Assembly: GCA_027053075.1 (NCBI GenBank)
Contig: JALUEE010000047.1
Coordinates: forward strand, 1 to 64,000
DNA: 64,000 nt
DNA from: a candidate division WOR-3 bacterium
Lineage (GTDB): Bacteria; Hydrothermota; Hydrothermia; B15-G9; WFZT01
Reading direction: 5' to 3'
Under the pieces are notes generated by a model, which searched no databases, had not been told where the DNA came from, and was given only the letters and a program-made list of their open reading frames with translations. Below, piece after piece: positions 60,652 through 64,000 of the stretch. The position numbers and the translations under genes were made by a program. How positions within the stretch are numbered: position 1 is the first letter of the stretch; each line of letters begins with the position of its first letter.

Positions 60652-61643
60652 ACTTCTATGCCTCCTAAAGGTAGCCCTTTTGTTTCGTTAAAGCCAAACA
60701 TAATATTCATGTTTTGAATCGCCTGCCCTGCTGCCCCTTTGATGAGATTATCTATAACAGAGACAATAACAGCGGTCTCTTTGTCCTCGAAAACCGAGAT
60801 GAAGATGTTGTTTGAATAAACCACGTCTTTTAATGAGACCTGCTTTTCGCTGAAGACTTTCACAAAGGGTTTATCGGAATAAAACTCCTGCAGGGCATCG
60901 TAAATACTGAAGTCCCCGGTTTTTGTAACGTAGATTGTGGAAAGAATTCCACGTGATAGGGGCAGGAGACCGGCAGAGAATGTGATGTCTTTACCTGTTA
61001 TCTCCTCCATCTCCCCAACGTGCCTGTGGACTTTCCCCACAGAATATTCGAAGAAGTTTTCGTTGACTGATATAAAGTGAGTATTTGAATTGCAGGATTT
61101 GCCTGCACCTGAGACACCTGATTTGGCATCTACAATAACCCTTTGATCAATGAGATTTGCAATGGGCAGGATGGGGATAATAACACTCGTCGGATAGCAT
61201 CCGGGATTTCCTACAATCTCTGCATTTTTAATCTGATCAGAGAATAACTCCGGGATGCCATAAATGGCTTTTGAGAGGTATGAGGTAGCCGGATGTTGCA
61301 TTTTATACCATTTTTCGTAGGTCTGTGGTTTTTTGAAACGGGAGTCACCGGAGAGGTCTATCACCTTCACACCGTTATTCAGGAATTTCTCGGCAAATTT
61401 TGCGGATTTCCCGTGAGGGAGAGCGAGGAAGACAATGTCAATGTCGGTAAAATTAAGTGCCTCAACATGGGAGATGAACGGGAATTTGTATTCGTGCAAG
61501 CCCGGGAATAAGAAGTCTATACTTTCAGACCTGTGCTCATCTGAGGTGGCAAAAACTACGTCCGTTGCGTAATGGTTTTGAAGCAGACGAAGGAGCTCGA
61601 TGCCGGTGAAGCCGGAACCTCCGACAACTCCTGCCTTCACCAT
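60648..61643 (-). CDS. argC: N-acetyl-gamma-glutamyl-phosphate reductase
   Basis: NPGCYPT, SGVSGAG, DNLIKGAAGQA. Confidence 0.97.
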   Translation of the reverse strand: MVKAGVVGGSGFTGIELLRLLQNHYATDVVFATSDEHRSESIDFLFPGLHEYKFPFISHVEALNFTDIDIVFLALPHGKSAKFAEKFLNNGVKVIDLSGDSRFKKPQTYEKWYKMQHPATSYLSKAIYGIPELFSDQIKNAEIVGNPGCYPTSVIIPILPIANLIDQRVIVDAKSGVSGAGKSCNSNTHFISVNENFFEYSVGKVHRHVGEMEEITGKDITFSAGLLPLSRGILSTIYVTKTGDFSIYDALQEFYSDKPFVKVFSEKQVSLKDVVYSNNIFISVFEDKETAVIVSVIDNLIKGAAGQAIQNMNIMFGFNETKGLPLGGIEV

Positions 61644-61735
61644 CCTTTTGCCTCCGTATTGAAAATTTTTACAAAAATATACCTCTCCATTCTTCTTACT
61701 CCTTCCCGGGATTCTTTTTCACTTGATCCCGGATA

Positions 61736-61822
61736 TTACAAAGGTCTTCTATAAGGGAATCTAACTGGTGAGCTGCTTTGAATCTTCAGGGTATGAGATT
61801 TTATTGTCTCATATTTTTTCAT
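61736..61822 (-). CDS. Candidate argCBG leader peptide (28 aa)
   Basis: MKKYETIKSHTLKIQSSSPVRFPYRRPL between the promoter and argC. Confidence 0.4.
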   Translation of the reverse strand: MKKYETIKSHTLKIQSSSPVRFPYRRPL

Positions 61823-61826
61823 TTTT

Positions 61827-61863
61827 GTTGCATAAGTATACGAATTTGGTTATGGCATGTCAA
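61827..61863 (-). promoter_or_regulatory. Sigma-70 promoter of argCBG with overlapping ARG-box-like site
   Basis: TTGACA-17 bp-TATACT; TTGCATAAGTATACGAA overlaps the -10. Confidence 0.7.
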
Positions 61864-62200
61864 GGGCTGGGGGGTAACATCTTCATGAGTCCTTTCAAAA
61901 TTTCTCCCGCGCGAATTAATGGAGTGTACTATTTTCTTTGATTCCACGCTAAAAAATATCTTCCTTTCCGTGTAAATTTGTTGGAGATCACATTTTATGT
62001 TCGCTGCTCTCACAAACACTAATTGCGTGGATGCCATGCTATTTTTTCCACTCTTCCCCGGCTGCTCCCTTGGGGATAAAGAAGAGAAAATAGCCCAGTC
62101 TTGTCGGCAGTATGTGGAAACTTGCCGAAAGTGGCGAAGAGAATTTCCGGTTTTTGAGCAGTTTTTCAGAAAAAATCCTGAACAAATACAGAAGGGAATT

Positions 62201-62665
62201 TCAGGATTGCTCACACTCTTTCTTTTTCAAATATAGGCTGCGGCTTTTTCTAATGAGATAGAGGGAAATTACAAGCGCGACCACAACTGTGAGCGATATA
62301 ATCGTCTCATATTCGTATATTTTCACCTTTTGCATCGTGAGTTCCTCAACAGAGTGTGCCCCGATTATAAGTATTTTCCTCACTCCTGAAATGATTCCAA
62401 TGAAAAGGAAGGGCTCTACAGTAAGAGAGCGGGATTTCAGATAATTTAACACAAGCCAGATAATCTCGAGCAAAATGAGGATGAGGAGAATATCTTCCAA
62501 TACCCTCAGGGTGAGGTGCACGACTGACTGGTGTAGCAAAAGACCATCAAAAAAGTTATAGAAGGCATACGCAAAAATAACGATGGAAATTATTATGAGG
62601 AAGGCGGAGATGCCAGTATAAACAATATCATCAAACGTCTCTAAAATACCAATGATTTTTCTCAT
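62201..62665 (-). CDS. PsiE-family membrane protein
   Basis: 4 TM, LILLEI, EPFLFIGIISGVRKILI. Confidence 0.8.
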   Translation of the reverse strand: MRKIIGILETFDDIVYTGISAFLIIISIVIFAYAFYNFFDGLLLHQSVVHLTLRVLEDILLILILLEIIWLVLNYLKSRSLTVEPFLFIGIISGVRKILIIGAHSVEELTMQKVKIYEYETIISLTVVVALVISLYLIRKSRSLYLKKKECEQS

Positions 62666-62751
62666 CGTAAGAATTATAAAATTTCGTACCACTCATGTAA
62701 ACGCTTCTTGACTAAAAGAGGGGATAGGTGTTATAAATAAAACTCAAACTT

Positions 62752-62823
62752 GCGGGCGTAGCTCAGAGGGAGAGCATCAGCTTCCCAAGCTGAGGGTCGC
62801 GGGTTCGAATCCCGTCGCCCGCT
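62752..62823 (+). tRNA. tRNA-Gly (CCC)
   Basis: GCGGGCG/CGCCCGC, anticodon loop TTCCCAA, GGTTCGAATCC. Confidence 0.97.
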
Positions 62824-62835
62824 CTTATTTTGAAA

Positions 62836-64000
62836 ATGATATTTTTTGCCCTTCTTATTTCTCTTTCAACATCCCCTAAACTCGTTAACTCCATAGTCAC
62901 CCGAAATTGGCCTGCAATCTACAACTCTGCCACCACTGATAAGCCCGATGATAGGTTCTTTTTCGTGGTTTCTCTCTTACGCATGAGAAAGTACGATATT
63001 CTCTATCAGTACTATTCCACGAGGATGCATAAACTCTCAAAACCCGAATTCTTCGCTTTTCTTTACTCCTTATACAATATACCTTCAGCAGACAGTATGT
63101 TTTACCGGCTGATTGAAGAAGGACTGACCTTTTATCCTGATTTGGGCGATTTCCTCCTATTTCTCAGGATCAGTAAGAATATCTCCAAGCAGAAGACAAA
63201 GGAGGTTCTCATTGATCTGAGGATTTTAAGGAAGAAATATCCTCGAAGCTACTTCCTTGAATCGTCTATAATGAGCATCCTGAGGTACCTTTATTCCAAC
63301 TCAGCCCACAAAGAGTATAAAAAGGTTTACACAGGTTACAGTAAGTTTTTGAAATACTACAGTGACCGGGCAGAAGCCCTCTACTATCTTGCAATGATTT
63401 CAAGAGCATCAGGAGACAAGAAAGGGTTACGTCGAATTTCGGATATTCTCATAACGAGGTACTACAAATCCCCGTTTTCCTACCGGGTAATAAGATTCGC
63501 ATCAAAAAAATATGTGTTTTATAAAGGGCTCTCTGCGTTCTACAGCGGAAAATACAAAACTGCTATCAAATACCTGAGAAAAACAAGGCTCGCGAAGAAA
63601 TATCATTATCTAACAATCAGCTACTATCGGGCTGGATACTTTTCCAGATTGATAAAGTTGTATAAAAAGGGAAGGGTTCCCGATTCTCTCATTTACTATG
63701 TGGGACTGGCATATGAGAAGAAGAAAAAATATGAAGATGCGGTTAAATTCCTGTTAAAAACCTTAAGGGCCAGGTCCCGGTATGCCGGCAATGCAGCTTA
63801 TGAGCTCTCGTTTATCTTTGTCAATAACCCCCGTGTTTTCAAAAAATGGGAAGGAAAACTTCCGCTGGTCATACACAACGCAGATTATTTAATGAGAATG
63901 GGGCTTGTTTACATGGTCTCCGGTAAAAGGCAGAGAGCCCAGGCGTTCTTTGAGAAAGTTCTCACCCTGAACGATAGATTTGCAAGTTCCCAGGCCCTTT
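62836..64000 (+). CDS. Exported TPR-like protein (runs off the window)
   Basis: Frame from MIFFALLISL; helical repeats such as YYVGLAYEKKKKYEDAVKFL; not in the ORF track. Confidence 0.65.
   Translation, partial: MIFFALLISLSTSPKLVNSIVTRNWPAIYNSATTDKPDDRFFFVVSLLRMRKYDILYQYYSTRMHKLSKPEFFAFLYSLYNIPSADSMFYRLIEEGLTFYPDLGDFLLFLRISKNISKQKTKEVLIDLRILRKKYPRSYFLESSIMSILRYLYSNSAHKEYKKVYTGYSKFLKYYSDRAEALYYLAMISRASGDKKGLRRISDILITRYYKSPFSYRVIRFASKKYVFYKGLSAFYSGKYKTAIKYLRKTRLAKKYHYLTISYYRAGYFSRLIKLYKKGRVPDSLIYYVGLAYEKKKKYEDAVKFLLKTLRARSRYAGNAAYELSFIFVNNPRVFKKWEGKLPLVIHNADYLMRMGLVYMVSGKRQRAQAFFEKVLTLNDRFASSQAL

Noticed and set aside
61819..62236. ORFs 61819-62214 and 61997-62236
   Set aside because: No recognisable motifs or RBS; they overlap each other, the arg promoter or the psiE end

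Overview
Chromosomal window from a diderm, probably thermophilic bacterium (LptA/B, KdsD, GmhB, secreted proteins with T9SS-like C-terminal tails; WOR-3/FCB-like affinity is only an inference). It is mostly housekeeping genes (rpoN, lptB, thiI, topA, rsmB, gpsA, plsY, trmB, metG, argCBG, 5 tRNAs), plus a TRAP transporter and a sigma-54 two-component system next to a multiheme cytochrome c. The accessory core (about 34-53.5 kb) holds a 20-repeat CRISPR array, an unrelated 4-repeat CRISPR-like mini-array on the far side of its leader, and a type III-C cas operon (cmr1-cmr6-cas10/csx11-cmr4-cmr5-cmr3). That operon sits between a truncated III-B-like cmr1 and a decayed III-B-like cmr6, which suggests an in-situ module swap. 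Its Cas10 lacks recognisable HD and GGDD motifs, yet an intact TM-CARF effector and csx15 follow, and Cmr1 carries a PDZ-like insertion. Other points: MITEs with 9-bp target duplications, a family of triloop palindromes (one inserted in frame in thiI), archaeal-type Rnl3 and TrxR, a divergent RpoN box, a candidate Arg-rich leader peptide for argCBG, and many apparently leaderless genes. All calls come from motif recognition by eye; no searches were run.
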